Below, one piece after another: positions 40,552-50,680 of a stretch of 64,000 nt of DNA. The DNA comes from Alphaproteobacteria bacterium. Its GTDB lineage: Bacteria; Pseudomonadota; Alphaproteobacteria; UBA828. Below the pieces are notes generated by a model. The model worked only from the letters and a program-made list of their open reading frames with translations. It had not been told where the DNA came from and ran no database searches. The stretch lies in contig CBDCRW010000006.1 of the NCBI GenBank assembly GCA_965221125.1, forward strand, positions 64,001 through 128,000, read 5' to 3'. Position 1 is the stretch's first letter. Each line of letters begins with the position of its first letter. The position numbers and the translations under genes are program-made.

Positions 40552-41919
40552 ATGGACGCATGGCTGAAGGCGGCGGTGGACTACATCCCGGCGTGGCTCG
40601 ACTACCAGATGCGGCTGAGCGGGCAGCCGGGCTGCGTCCTCGCCATCGCGCACAAGGGGCGGGTCGTCCTGGAGAAGGCGTTCGGCGTTGCCGATCTCTC
40701 CACGGGGCAGGCGCTGACGCCGAGGCATCGCCTCCGCGCGGCGTCCCACACGAAGAGCTTCACCGCGGCAGGGGTGATAAAGCTCCGCGAAGCCGGCGTG
40801 CTTCGGCTGGACGATGCGGCGGGCCGCTACGTCGACGGGCTGCATCCGAGCGTGGCGGAGACGACGCTCGCGCAGCTGCTGTCGCACACCGCCGGCGTCA
40901 TTCGCGACGGCGCAGAGGGCGAGCAGTTCCTCGATCGCCGGCCCTACACGAGCGAGAAGGAGCTGCGCGCGGCGCTCGCCGAGCCGCTGACCATCGCACC
41001 CAGCACCCGCTTCAAGTACTCGAACCACGCCTTCGGGCTCGTCGGCCTCGTCATGGAGGCCGTGACCGGGGAGCCCTACCGCGCGTGGATCGCGCGCGAG
41101 ATCGTCGAACCGAGCGGGCTGCGCGAGACCACGCCCGACGCGCCGGCGCCGCCGCGCGCGCCGGTGGCGCGGGGGCACACGCGCAAGCTGCCGCTCGGAC
41201 ACAGGCTCGTCGTCCCCGGCGACAACCCGACCCATGCCATCGCGCCGGCGGGCGGCTTCGTCTCGACGGCGGGCGATCTCGCGCGCTTCTTCGCGAGCCT
41301 CGATCCTGCGGCGAAGCGGAGCGTGCTGTCGCCCGCAAGCCGGCGCGAGATGATCCGCAAGCAGTGGCACGACGAGCACGGCAGCATGAAGGGCCACTAC
41401 GGGCTCGGCATCATGGGGGGCAGGGCCGGCGCGTGGGAGTGGTTCGGCCATGCCGGCGGATTCCAGAGCTGTCTCAGCCGGACCGTCGTGCTGCCCGGCC
41501 GCGACATCGCGGTGTCGATCTTGACCAATGCGCTGGACGGGCCCGCCTGGGCCTGGTCGGACGCCGCCATCCACATCCTGCAGGCGTTCGAGAAGCGCGG
41601 CGGGCCAAGCGCCAGGACGCGTGATTGGGCCGGCCGCTGGTGGAGCATGTGGCGCACGGTCGACCTCGTGCCGATGCGCGATCACGTCCTGGTCGACGAT
41701 CCGGGCCTCGCGGTTCCGTTCTCGGACGCGAGCGAGATCGCGGTCACGGGCCGCGACGCGGGGACCATCCGTTTCGCCCCCGGTATCGCCAACTTCGGCG
41801 AGGACGCGCGCCTGGTGCGCGCCAAGAACGGCCGTGTCCGCGAGGTCTGGCTCGCCGGGACCAAGTACCTGCCGGAGCGCCGCCTCGCGACCGAGCTCAA
41901 GCGCCGCTACGGCGGCTAG
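40552..41919 (+). CDS. Serine hydrolase, beta-lactamase/PBP-like family
   Basis: ASHTKSF (SxxK), LLSHTAG, FKYSN, GHAGG. Confidence 0.88.
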   Translation: MDAWLKAAVDYIPAWLDYQMRLSGQPGCVLAIAHKGRVVLEKAFGVADLSTGQALTPRHRLRAASHTKSFTAAGVIKLREAGVLRLDDAAGRYVDGLHPSVAETTLAQLLSHTAGVIRDGAEGEQFLDRRPYTSEKELRAALAEPLTIAPSTRFKYSNHAFGLVGLVMEAVTGEPYRAWIAREIVEPSGLRETTPDAPAPPRAPVARGHTRKLPLGHRLVVPGDNPTHAIAPAGGFVSTAGDLARFFASLDPAAKRSVLSPASRREMIRKQWHDEHGSMKGHYGLGIMGGRAGAWEWFGHAGGFQSCLSRTVVLPGRDIAVSILTNALDGPAWAWSDAAIHILQAFEKRGGPSARTRDWAGRWWSMWRTVDLVPMRDHVLVDDPGLAVPFSDASEIAVTGRDAGTIRFAPGIANFGEDARLVRAKNGRVREVWLAGTKYLPERRLATELKRRYGG

Positions 41920-41949
41920 GGAGTTTCCGTGTAAAGCGGAAATGCTCTA
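41918..41949. repeat. REP-like palindrome related to 17680-17710
   Basis: agggagtttccg-N7-cggaaatgctcta at the stop of the serine hydrolase gene. Confidence 0.5.
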
Positions 41950-42009
41950 AGGTCGCGGCCGCCGCACGTGGGCGGCGATGGAACGGGGCAATCGGGGAGG
42001 CATCGAGCC

Positions 42010-42528
42010 ATGGCCGTGGTGCGCAAGGAGGTGGCCGAGCAGCGCTACCGCGAATCCTACGGGCGCTATTTCGAGGACTTCGTGGTAGGCGATGTCTACG
42101 AGCACCGGCCGGGCCGGACGCTCACCGAGTACGACAACATCTCGTTCACGCTGCTCACCATGAACACCCACCCGATCCACTTCGACAGCCACTACGCATC
42201 GCACAGCGAGTTCGGCAAGCCGCTGGTCAACAGCGCGCTGACGCTGGCCATCGTCGCCGGCATGTCGGTGAGCGACATCAGCCAGAAGGCGATCGCGAAC
42301 CTCGGCTGGAACGACATCAAGCTGACGGCGCCGGTCTACGCGGGCGACACGATCTACGCCGAATCGGAGGTGCTGGAGACACGGGAATCGCGCTCCCGCC
42401 CCACCCAGGGCATCGTGACCGTCAAGACCACGGGCAAGAAGTCCGACGGCACGGTGTTCATGACCTACGAGCGCACGGTACTGGTGCCGAAGCGCGGCCA
42501 CGCCGTGGACGACCGCGCCGAGTACTGA
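42010..42528 (+). CDS. MaoC-family (R)-specific dehydratase
   Basis: GRYFEDF, GRTLTEYDN, MNTHPIHFD, IANLGW, PVYAGDT. Confidence 0.9.
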   Translation: MAVVRKEVAEQRYRESYGRYFEDFVVGDVYEHRPGRTLTEYDNISFTLLTMNTHPIHFDSHYASHSEFGKPLVNSALTLAIVAGMSVSDISQKAIANLGWNDIKLTAPVYAGDTIYAESEVLETRESRSRPTQGIVTVKTTGKKSDGTVFMTYERTVLVPKRGHAVDDRAEY

Positions 42529-42628
42529 GCCGCACGGGCGCCCAAGGCGGCACTCGCGGATTGGAAGCGCTGAAAGCCGCTCGGCAGGCGAGGCGCGGTA
42601 CGGTATAATCGCGCGAGCGGAGGTACGC

Positions 42629-44080
42629 ATGCGCACACGAATCATCCACCTCATCAATCCCCAGACCAACCAGTTCACCACGCGCCCGATGTACTTCAAC
42701 CGGGCGCTCTACTCGCCGCTGGCGGGTCTGCTGGCGGTCGCGGCGGTAATTCCGCAGGACAAGTACGAAGTCGTGATGACCGACGAGAACATCGAGGACA
42801 TCGACTTCGACCTGAAGGTCGACATGGTCGGCATCTCGGCCATGACGAGCTACGTGAAGCGCGGCTACGAGATCGCCGACCGCTACCGCGCGCAAGGCGT
42901 GCCCGTGGTCATGGGTGGCGTGCATGCGAGCTTCATGCCGCAGGAAGCGCTCGAGCACTGCGACGCCGTGGTGATCGGCGAGGCGGAGCTGGTCATGCCC
43001 AAGCTGCTCGACGACCTGGATCGCGGCGAGGTCAAGGGCATCTACCGCGCCGACACGCTGCATCCCATGGTCGACGTGCCGATTCCCCGCTACGACCTGG
43101 TGAAGAAGAACCGCTACGTCAACCGCACCTTCGTCCAGACCTCGCGCGGCTGCCACCAGGGCTGCACCTTCTGCGCCGAGCCGCTGATGAACGGGCTCAA
43201 GTTCCGCTACCGGCCGGTCGACGAGGTGATCCGCGAGATCGAGATGTGCGGGCAGCGCACGATCTCCCTCAACGACGCCGATTTCTTCGGCACCGAGGAG
43301 CGGCCCAAGGAAGTGATGCGGGCGCTCCGGGGGCGCGGCATCCGCTGGCAGGCCGCCGCCACCAGCAAGCTCGCGCAGAAGGACGAGATGCTGGAGCTCG
43401 CGGCCGAGAGCGGCTGCTACATGCTGAGCATCGGCTTCGAATCGATCTCGCGCGAGACGCTCAAGCGCGTCCACAAGTACGTCAACCGGCCTGAGCAATT
43501 CGCCGCCCTGGTGGAGAAGATCCACAGCTACGGGATCATGGTCTTCGGGCTCTTCATGTTCGGCTTCGGCGGCGACGACGAGACCGTCTTCGACGAGACG
43601 ACGAAGTTCAACATCGACGCCAAGTACGACGCCTGCGCCTACTCGGTGCTGACCCCCTATCCCGGCACGCTCACCTGGTACGAGATGAAGAAGGCCGGGC
43701 AGATCGTCTCCTACGACTGGGACCTCTACGACCAGGGGCACATCGTCTACCAGCCGGAGAAGCTCTCCACCCAGGTGCTGCGCGAAGGCCACATGCGGGC
43801 CTACCGGAACTTCTACTCGCTCCCCTCGATCGCCAAGCGCTTCCCGCTCACCGGCTCGCGCAACCGGCTGCACTGGAGCATTTACAATGGCTTCTTCCGC
43901 CGGGGCGAGGTGACGGGACGCGAGATGGAGAAGCCCATCGCCGACGCGACGCCCGAGCCCAAGACCATCCCGGTGCCGCCGATCATGCCGCAGAAGCGCG
44001 AGTGGCGTGAGATGGTGGCCGAGGGCATCGGCCCCATGCCGGCGCCTCAGACCGAGCGGGAGCTGCGCAGCCAGGCGTAA
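42629..44080 (+). CDS. Cobalamin-binding radical SAM protein
   Basis: B12-binding N-domain (VVMGGVHAS), QTSRGCHQGCTFC (CxxxCxxC), IGFES, LTPYPGT. Confidence 0.9.
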   Translation: MRTRIIHLINPQTNQFTTRPMYFNRALYSPLAGLLAVAAVIPQDKYEVVMTDENIEDIDFDLKVDMVGISAMTSYVKRGYEIADRYRAQGVPVVMGGVHASFMPQEALEHCDAVVIGEAELVMPKLLDDLDRGEVKGIYRADTLHPMVDVPIPRYDLVKKNRYVNRTFVQTSRGCHQGCTFCAEPLMNGLKFRYRPVDEVIREIEMCGQRTISLNDADFFGTEERPKEVMRALRGRGIRWQAAATSKLAQKDEMLELAAESGCYMLSIGFESISRETLKRVHKYVNRPEQFAALVEKIHSYGIMVFGLFMFGFGGDDETVFDETTKFNIDAKYDACAYSVLTPYPGTLTWYEMKKAGQIVSYDWDLYDQGHIVYQPEKLSTQVLREGHMRAYRNFYSLPSIAKRFPLTGSRNRLHWSIYNGFFRRGEVTGREMEKPIADATPEPKTIPVPPIMPQKREWREMVAEGIGPMPAPQTERELRSQA

Positions 44081-44211
44081 GCCGCGCGCCGCTGGCGCCC
44101 CAAAAGCTTTTTTTGCAAAACGAAGCCAATTCTCGGTAATGGACTGATTCAGCTAAATTATTCGCCCAATTCGGGGAACCACCGATCGCGGCCGGTGCTC
44201 GAAACGGCGGC

Positions 44212-47200
44212 TTATTCCGCGGTGGCCGCTTCCTTCGGCGCTGCCGCGAAGCTCGGGTCGCGGCCGTAGGCGCCTAGCCCGTCGAGACTGACGAAGCCGT
44301 CCGCGAGGTCGGCGCGGAGTGCGTCGTCCGCCCGCTCGCGCGGGTCGCCGTAGCCGCCGCCGCCCGGCACGCGCACGAGGATCTGATCGCCCCGGTGCAG
44401 CCGGATGTTCACGAACTTCGTCGGGCTCACTGTGCCGTAGACCTCCTTGAAGGTGCGGAAGTCCTCGTCTTCCACGCGCTTGACGAAGAAGCCCGTGGGC
44501 GCGCCCGCCTGTCCCTTCATCAGCCCGTAGGGCCCCTCGGTGATGCGGTCGGTGAGTGCGCTCACGCTGATGGCGTCGGCGATCACCTCGAACTGCCGCC
44601 AGCAGCCGAGCCCGCCGCGCCACTTGCCGGCGCCCCCTGAATCCGGGCGGATCTCGTACTTGAGGACGCGGAGCGGAAAGCGCGTCTCGAACACCTCGAT
44701 CGGCGTCGCCCGGATGGTGCTCGCGTGCGCGCAGCAGAGCGCCGTGTTGCCGTCCTTGCCGAGCCGCCCGCCCCAGCCGCCGCCTTCGAGCTGATAGTGG
44801 GTCCAGTACTCGTCCGTATCGGGGTGGATGCCGCCCAAGAGCAGGTTGCACGCGGTGCCCCCCTCGGCGGCGCTCACCATCTCCGGCACGGCCTTCGACA
44901 GCGCGTGCTGCACCGCCGCGATGATGCGGGGCTGGCCCTCGGTGTTGCCGGCGACGCTGGGCGCGGGGAACACCGGGTTCGCCACCGTGCCGGGCGGTGC
45001 GACCACGCGGAGCGGCTTGAAGCAGCCGCTGTTCAGCGGCACGTCGCGGGCGCAGAGGGTCTGCAGCACGGCCGTGCAGCCGGCCGCCGCCGTCGCCACG
45101 TAGGTGACGTTGATCGGGCCCTGCGCCTGCTCGTCCGATTCCGAGAGATCGACCACGATCTCCTCGTCCCGGATGTGCACGGTGGGGCGGAAGTAGTAGC
45201 GCCGGGCGGTGACCCCGTCGTCCTCGAAATAGTCCTCGGCCTTGTAGATGCCGTTGGGGAGCTTCCTGATCTCGTTCCGCATCCAGTGCTCGGCGTGGTC
45301 GACGAGGGCGTCGCAGATATTCTCGAACGTATCCACGCCGAGCCTCTTGACCAGCGCGCCCAGCCGCTGCTCGGCGGTGTTCAGCGAGCCGATCATCGCG
45401 TGGAAGTCGCCCCAGGTGGTGTTCGGCGTGCGGTGGTTGGCGAGCGTGATGCGCCAGACGTCCTTCACGTACTCGCCGCGCGAGAGCAGCTTCACGGGCG
45501 GCAGCCGGAGCCCTTCCTGAAACACCTCCGTGGCGGTGCTGGCGAAGGAGCCCACCGCCATGCCGCCGATCTCGGCGATATGGGCGATGTTGGCGGCGTA
45601 GCCGATCAGCGTGCCGTCGACGAAGACCGGCTTCATCAGCAGGTGCTCCGGCATGTGGCACTGGCCGCGGTAGGGATCGTTGTGGACGATCACGTCGCCC
45701 GGCTCGATCGGCTCCTCCATCTCTTTTACGCAAAGCGGCACCGTGTGCAGGCCGGCGCAGATGATCGCGGGGTTCATCTCCGCCTGCCCCACCATGCGCA
45801 GGCGGCGGTCGAACAGGCAGCACGAGAAGTCCCGCGACTCGCTGAAGATCGGCGAGTACGCGGTGCGCACCATGGCGCTTTCCATCTCGTTGCAGATGTT
45901 GCTGAGCGCGTTGTTGACCACGGTGAGCGTGACCGGGTCCTTCTCCGGCGCGAGCCGCCCGGTGCCGACTGTTGCTTCCGCCGCCCTGGGCAGGCTCACG
46001 ATGAGGCTGCCGTCGGCGCCGATCTCGACCTCGCTCCCCGGCGGCACGAGGGTGGTCGAATCCATCTCGTCGATGATCGCAGGCCCTGCGACCGCGCTGC
46101 CGGCGGGCAGTTCCGCCCGGCGGTAGATCGGCGTCTCCAGCGGCGCCTCGCCGTCGAAATAGACCTCGCGGTGGGCGTGCGCCCGGCCTGTGCCCGAGGC
46201 CGGCGCGCGCAGCGTCGCGTCGGTGCGCTCCTCGCCGACCGCGATCACGCGCACCTCGGTCATCTCGACGACCTTGTCGCGGAGCGCGTAGCCGTAGAGC
46301 TCCTCGTGCTGGCGGTGGAGGCTCTCCAGCGCCCGCGCGAAGCTCTCCGCATCGAGCTCCAGCGTCTCGAGCTGCACGAGTTCGCCGAAGTTCTGGCCCA
46401 TGTAGCGCATGCTGAGGTAGCCGGTAACCCGCGCTTCGCCCTCCAGCCCCTCGCGTCGCAGCTCCTCCACCGCCGCGCGGGCGAGCGCCCGCAGCTGGCC
46501 GTTGAGCGCGTCGAGGTCCGCCGAGTCCGAGCGGTGATTGACCGTCCGCGCGCGGTCGACGCGGAGGTCGGTGAGCAGCGTGCCGAGCGCCGAGCAGAGC
46601 CCCGGATGGGGCGGAACGACGACCTTCTTCATCTCGAGCGGCGCCGCCACGTCGACCGCATGGAGCGGGCCCGCGCCGCCGAAGGCGATCAGCGCATAGT
46701 CGCGGTGGTCGATGCCGCGCTCGACCGTCATCAGGCGGATCGCGTCCGCCATGTTCTCGGCCGCGGTCTCCAGGATCGCGCGCGCCGTCTCCACCGCCGT
46801 CAGCCCGAGCGTCTCTCCGAGCCCGGCCACCGCCGCGTGCGCGCTCGCGGCGTCGAGCGCCATCCCGCCGCCGAGGAAGTAATCGGGGTCGAGCCGGCCC
46901 AGCACCACGTTGGCGTCGGTCACCGTGGGTTCCGTGCCCCCCTTGCCGTAGCAGGCGGGGCCGGGGTCGGCACCGGCGCTGCGCGGTCCCACGCGCAGCA
47001 GGCCGCCCGCGTCGACGTAGGCGATGGACCCCCCGCCCGCGCCGATGGTGGTGTAGTCGATGAAGAGCGCGCTCACCGGCACGCCCCATTCCACCTCGTA
47101 CTCGGTGGTGGAGCCGAAGGCGCCGTCGGTGACGAGGCCCACATCGCAGCTCGTGCCCCCCATGTCGAGGGTGACGCCGTTGCCGTCCGCGTGGTCGCGG

Positions 47201-48027
47201 GCGAAGCGGGCGCCGGCGATGACGCCGCCGGCGAGGCCGGACAGCAGGAGCTGCACCGGCGCGTCGCCGGCGGACTCCGCCTGCAGGTGGCCGCCGTTGG
47301 ACTTCATGATTGAGAGCGGCGCTTCGATCCCCGCCGTCTGCAGGTCGGCCGAGACCCGGCCCACGAAGCGGTCGATGATGCGCTTGATGAAGGCGTCGGT
47401 GATGACCGTGGCGCTCCGCTCAAACTCGCGCCAGATCGGGCAGACGTGGCAGGAGAGCGAGACCGGCAGGTCGGGGAAGCGCTCGGCGAGGTAGGCGCCG
47501 ATGGCCTCCTCGTGGGCCGGATCGACGTAGGAGAAGAGCAGGTTGACCGCCACCGCCCACTCCTGCGCGGGCGCGCTCACGAGCCATCCGTCGATCCAGT
47601 CGCCGAGGCGTTCCAGCTCCGCCCGCTCCAGCGCGATCAGGATGTTGCCCTTGTGATCGACGCGCTCCTTGATGCCGAACACGTGGCGGCGCAGCACGCC
47701 CGCCGAGGGCTTCTCCCAGGCCGGGTTGTAGGCCTCCTTGCGGGCGATGATGCCGATGATGGGGACGTCCTGCACGCCGTCGGTCCCGACGTAGAGCACG
47801 GTCGCGCCCTTCTTCTGCAGGCGCGCGTTGGTGGCGATGGTGGTGCCGAGCACGATGCGGCCGATCTCGTCCGGCGTGAGCGCGCTCTGGCCGATGGCGT
47901 CGAGCGGCGCGGCGGCGGGCTGCTGCGGCGTCGACGGGACCTTGACCGTGCGGATCCGCCCGCTCCGGTCGTCCAGCGCCACGAGGTCGGTGAAGGTGCC
48001 GCCGGTGTCGATGCCGACCCTATACAT
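44212..48027 (-). CDS. Fused hydantoinase A+B / 5-oxoprolinase-like ATP-dependent amidohydrolase
   Basis: IDTGGTFTD, DMGGTSCD, IGAGGGS, FGGAGPLHA followed by RDFSC, NDPYRGQCHMPE, DSGGAGKWRGG, PGGGGYGDP. Confidence 0.93.
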   Translation of the reverse strand: MYRVGIDTGGTFTDLVALDDRSGRIRTVKVPSTPQQPAAAPLDAIGQSALTPDEIGRIVLGTTIATNARLQKKGATVLYVGTDGVQDVPIIGIIARKEAYNPAWEKPSAGVLRRHVFGIKERVDHKGNILIALERAELERLGDWIDGWLVSAPAQEWAVAVNLLFSYVDPAHEEAIGAYLAERFPDLPVSLSCHVCPIWREFERSATVITDAFIKRIIDRFVGRVSADLQTAGIEAPLSIMKSNGGHLQAESAGDAPVQLLLSGLAGGVIAGARFARDHADGNGVTLDMGGTSCDVGLVTDGAFGSTTEYEVEWGVPVSALFIDYTTIGAGGGSIAYVDAGGLLRVGPRSAGADPGPACYGKGGTEPTVTDANVVLGRLDPDYFLGGGMALDAASAHAAVAGLGETLGLTAVETARAILETAAENMADAIRLMTVERGIDHRDYALIAFGGAGPLHAVDVAAPLEMKKVVVPPHPGLCSALGTLLTDLRVDRARTVNHRSDSADLDALNGQLRALARAAVEELRREGLEGEARVTGYLSMRYMGQNFGELVQLETLELDAESFARALESLHRQHEELYGYALRDKVVEMTEVRVIAVGEERTDATLRAPASGTGRAHAHREVYFDGEAPLETPIYRRAELPAGSAVAGPAIIDEMDSTTLVPPGSEVEIGADGSLIVSLPRAAEATVGTGRLAPEKDPVTLTVVNNALSNICNEMESAMVRTAYSPIFSESRDFSCCLFDRRLRMVGQAEMNPAIICAGLHTVPLCVKEMEEPIEPGDVIVHNDPYRGQCHMPEHLLMKPVFVDGTLIGYAANIAHIAEIGGMAVGSFASTATEVFQEGLRLPPVKLLSRGEYVKDVWRITLANHRTPNTTWGDFHAMIGSLNTAEQRLGALVKRLGVDTFENICDALVDHAEHWMRNEIRKLPNGIYKAEDYFEDDGVTARRYYFRPTVHIRDEEIVVDLSESDEQAQGPINVTYVATAAAGCTAVLQTLCARDVPLNSGCFKPLRVVAPPGTVANPVFPAPSVAGNTEGQPRIIAAVQHALSKAVPEMVSAAEGGTACNLLLGGIHPDTDEYWTHYQLEGGGWGGRLGKDGNTALCCAHASTIRATPIEVFETRFPLRVLKYEIRPDSGGAGKWRGGLGCWRQFEVIADAISVSALTDRITEGPYGLMKGQAGAPTGFFVKRVEDEDFRTFKEVYGTVSPTKFVNIRLHRGDQILVRVPGGGGYGDPRERADDALRADLADGFVSLDGLGAYGRDPSFAAAPKEAATAE

Positions 48028-48259
48028 CCTTGGCCTCCCCGGCCTGGCCTGCGTCCTCGACGCGGCCGGCGGCCTTCGCCGCGGCGAACTCCGCCCGGAC
48101 GCGCCGCTTCACGTCGGCGCACCTGTCCTCGCAGTACATCTCGCCGGGAAACTCGTCGTCCGCCCAGTATTCCCGCGCCATCATGATGCCGCAGAAGGAG
48201 CAGTTGAAAATCCGCGTGTCGTACCAGGCAAGGTCGAACGGGACCCACTTGCCGCTCAT
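48020..48259 (-). CDS. Small Cys-rich protein with CxxC-x19-CxxxC (TRASH-like) metal-binding motif
   Basis: GGAGG upstream of ATG 48259; stop overlaps the oxoprolinase start; CSFC...CEDRC. Confidence 0.7.
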   Translation of the reverse strand: MSGKWVPFDLAWYDTRIFNCSFCGIMMAREYWADDEFPGEMYCEDRCADVKRRVRAEFAAAKAAGRVEDAGQAGEAKDV

Positions 48260-48350
48260 CTCAGGCCGCCTCCCACCAGTCTCGGACGGCCGAGACACTT
48301 TCACGAGAGGGCAGGAGGGTCAACGGCGGCTGTCTTGCCGCCCGGCGCAC

Positions 48351-49319
48351 TTACCAGCCGCGCGCCTGCTCGATGACGCGCACGTTGCGGAGCCCGTCCT
48401 CGGCGCTGACCGCGAGCGGCTCGGCGCGGGCTATGGCGCGGGTGACGCTCTCCACCTGCGCCTTGTAGGTGTCGTGACCCTTGAGCGGCGCGGTGCGCGC
48501 CTCGCCGCCCTTGCGCACCGTGGTGACGGTGCCGGGGAGGCCGACGAAGCCGCCTTCGATCCGGCAGTAGCCTTCGCTGCCGAGCAGCTCGATGCCGCCG
48601 CCGCTGGTGACCGCAGTCGACGCCGAGATGGTGCCGACGGCGCCGTTCTCGAAGCCGATGGTGAGGAAGGCGGTGTCGGCGGAGCGCCCATACGCCTTGT
48701 TGGAGAGATGGGCGTGCACCGACTTCGCTTCCCCGTTGAACCAGCGCAGCAGGTCGATGAAATGCGTGCCGACGTCGCCCAGCACCCAGCAGCCGGAGGT
48801 TTCGTCGTCGAGCCGCCACCAGTCGTCCGGCACGTGCGGGTAGCGGTAGTGGAACTGGCCGTGCATGCGCACCGGCGCGCCGAAGCGGCCCGCCTGCCAC
48901 TGCTCGCGGAATCTGCTGAGCCTCGGGTGGTGGCGGCTGTTGTAGCCGATGGTGAGCAGGCGCCCGGCCTTGCGCGCGGCCCGGATCATGGAGCGGCACT
49001 CGGCCTGGCTCATCGCCATGGGCTTCTCGCAGAGCACGTGCTTGCCGGCATTGAGCGCCGCGATGGCCTGCTCCTTGTGCAGGTGGTTGGGGCTCGCGAT
49101 CCACACCACGTCGATCGCGTCGTCAGCGAGGAAGGCGCGGATGTCGGTGTAGCCCCGTGCTGCGCCGTGGCGCGCGCAGTAGCGCTCCGCGCCCTCCGGC
49201 GAGGACGAGAGCACGGCGTTGAGCCGGGCGCCCCGCGCCGCATTCACCGCCGGGCCCAGGACCATGTCGCTCCAGCCCCGCGTGCCGATCATGCCCCAGC
49301 CGACCGCCTTCGCCGCCAT
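48351..49319 (-). CDS. Gfo/Idh/MocA family oxidoreductase
   Basis: WGMIG, IASPNHLH, GKHVLCEKPMA, DVGTHFID. Confidence 0.92.
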   Translation of the reverse strand: MAAKAVGWGMIGTRGWSDMVLGPAVNAARGARLNAVLSSSPEGAERYCARHGAARGYTDIRAFLADDAIDVVWIASPNHLHKEQAIAALNAGKHVLCEKPMAMSQAECRSMIRAARKAGRLLTIGYNSRHHPRLSRFREQWQAGRFGAPVRMHGQFHYRYPHVPDDWWRLDDETSGCWVLGDVGTHFIDLLRWFNGEAKSVHAHLSNKAYGRSADTAFLTIGFENGAVGTISASTAVTSGGGIELLGSEGYCRIEGGFVGLPGTVTTVRKGGEARTAPLKGHDTYKAQVESVTRAIARAEPLAVSAEDGLRNVRVIEQARGW

Positions 49320-49453
49320 GCTCCCCTCCCGCATGCCTGCTGCCGCCGGGCGATGGTATCACGGCGCGTCCTGCCGGACCGGCCGCATTGACCGCTCGCG
49401 GCGGCTACCCATACAGTGTGCGCCCTTCCCACCAGCGCACGCCCGACGCCCCG

Positions 49454-50653
49454 ATGAAAGCCCTCTCGGACATCGTGATGCTCGACCTGACGCACATGCT
49501 GTCGGGCCCCTTCGCAGGCATGCTGCTGGCCGACCTCGGCGCGCAGACGATCAAGGTGGAGCCGCCCGGCACCGGGGAGATGACCCGCGGCCTGCTGGGG
49601 GACGACCCCCGCTACTCCTACAAGGGCATGGGCCCCTACTTCCTCACCCTCAACCGCAACAAGAAGAGCGTCTGCATCGACCTCAAGCGCACGCAGGGGC
49701 GCGCCCTCTTCCACGAGCTGGCAGTCAGGGCCGACATCGTCGTCAACAACTTCCGCCCCGGCGTGACCGAGCGCCTCGGCATCGACCACGCGACGCTCAG
49801 CGCGATCAACCCCCGCATCGTCACCTGCAGCGTGACCGGATTCGGCGAGGAGGGCCCGGACTGCGACCGCACCGCCTTCGACGTGGTGGCGCAGGGCTAC
49901 GGCGGCGGCATGTCGATCACCGGGGAGGCCGGCGGCCCGCCCATCCGCGCCGGCGTGCCCATGGGCGACCTCACCAGCGGGCTCTTCGGCGCCGTCGCCA
50001 TGCTGGCGGCGCTGCACGCGCGCAACGTGACCGGGCAGGGCCAGCACGTCGACCTCTCCATGCAGGACTGCCAGGTCTCGCTCTTGAGCTACATCGCGGC
50101 GATGCACCTGCTCTCGGGCGAGGTGCCGCGCCAGTTCGGCAACGCGCATCCGATCTATGTCCCCTACAACGCGTTCCCGACTGCGGACCGCTGGCTCATC
50201 ATCGCGGTGGTGAAGGACGACCAGTGGGCGCGGCTGCGGGGCGTGTTGGGGAGCCCGGCGCTCGAGGATGCGCGCTTCGACGGCTACGAGGGCCGGCGCG
50301 ACAACCGTGAAGCGGTGGACGGCGCCATCACGCAGGCGCTGGCGGCGCGCGGCTGCGACGAGTGGCTGGAGCTGATGCGCGCGGCCAGGGTGCCCTGCGG
50401 CCCCGTGAACGACGTGGCCCGCGCGCTCACCGACGTTCAGGTGCAGGCCCGCGACATGGTGGTCGAGATCGCGCACCCGGAGGGCGGCTCGTTCCGCACC
50501 ACGGGCAATCCGATCAAGCTGAGCGGCTCGCCCGGCGAGAGCTACGGCCCGCCGCCGCTCCTCGGCCAGCACACGGACGAGGTGCTGGCGGGCCTCTGCG
50601 GCAAGAGCGACGCCGATCTCGCGCGTCTGCGCGAGGCCGGTGTGATAGCCTGA
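49454..50653 (+). CDS. CaiB/BaiF family (class III) CoA transferase
   Basis: LDLTHMLSGP, LADLGA, NRNKKSVCIDLK, NFRPGV, PPLLGQHT. Confidence 0.93.
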   Translation: MKALSDIVMLDLTHMLSGPFAGMLLADLGAQTIKVEPPGTGEMTRGLLGDDPRYSYKGMGPYFLTLNRNKKSVCIDLKRTQGRALFHELAVRADIVVNNFRPGVTERLGIDHATLSAINPRIVTCSVTGFGEEGPDCDRTAFDVVAQGYGGGMSITGEAGGPPIRAGVPMGDLTSGLFGAVAMLAALHARNVTGQGQHVDLSMQDCQVSLLSYIAAMHLLSGEVPRQFGNAHPIYVPYNAFPTADRWLIIAVVKDDQWARLRGVLGSPALEDARFDGYEGRRDNREAVDGAITQALAARGCDEWLELMRAARVPCGPVNDVARALTDVQVQARDMVVEIAHPEGGSFRTTGNPIKLSGSPGESYGPPPLLGQHTDEVLAGLCGKSDADLARLREAGVIA

Positions 50654-50680
50654 GCCGCAGGCAGGACGGAAGGAAGAGAG

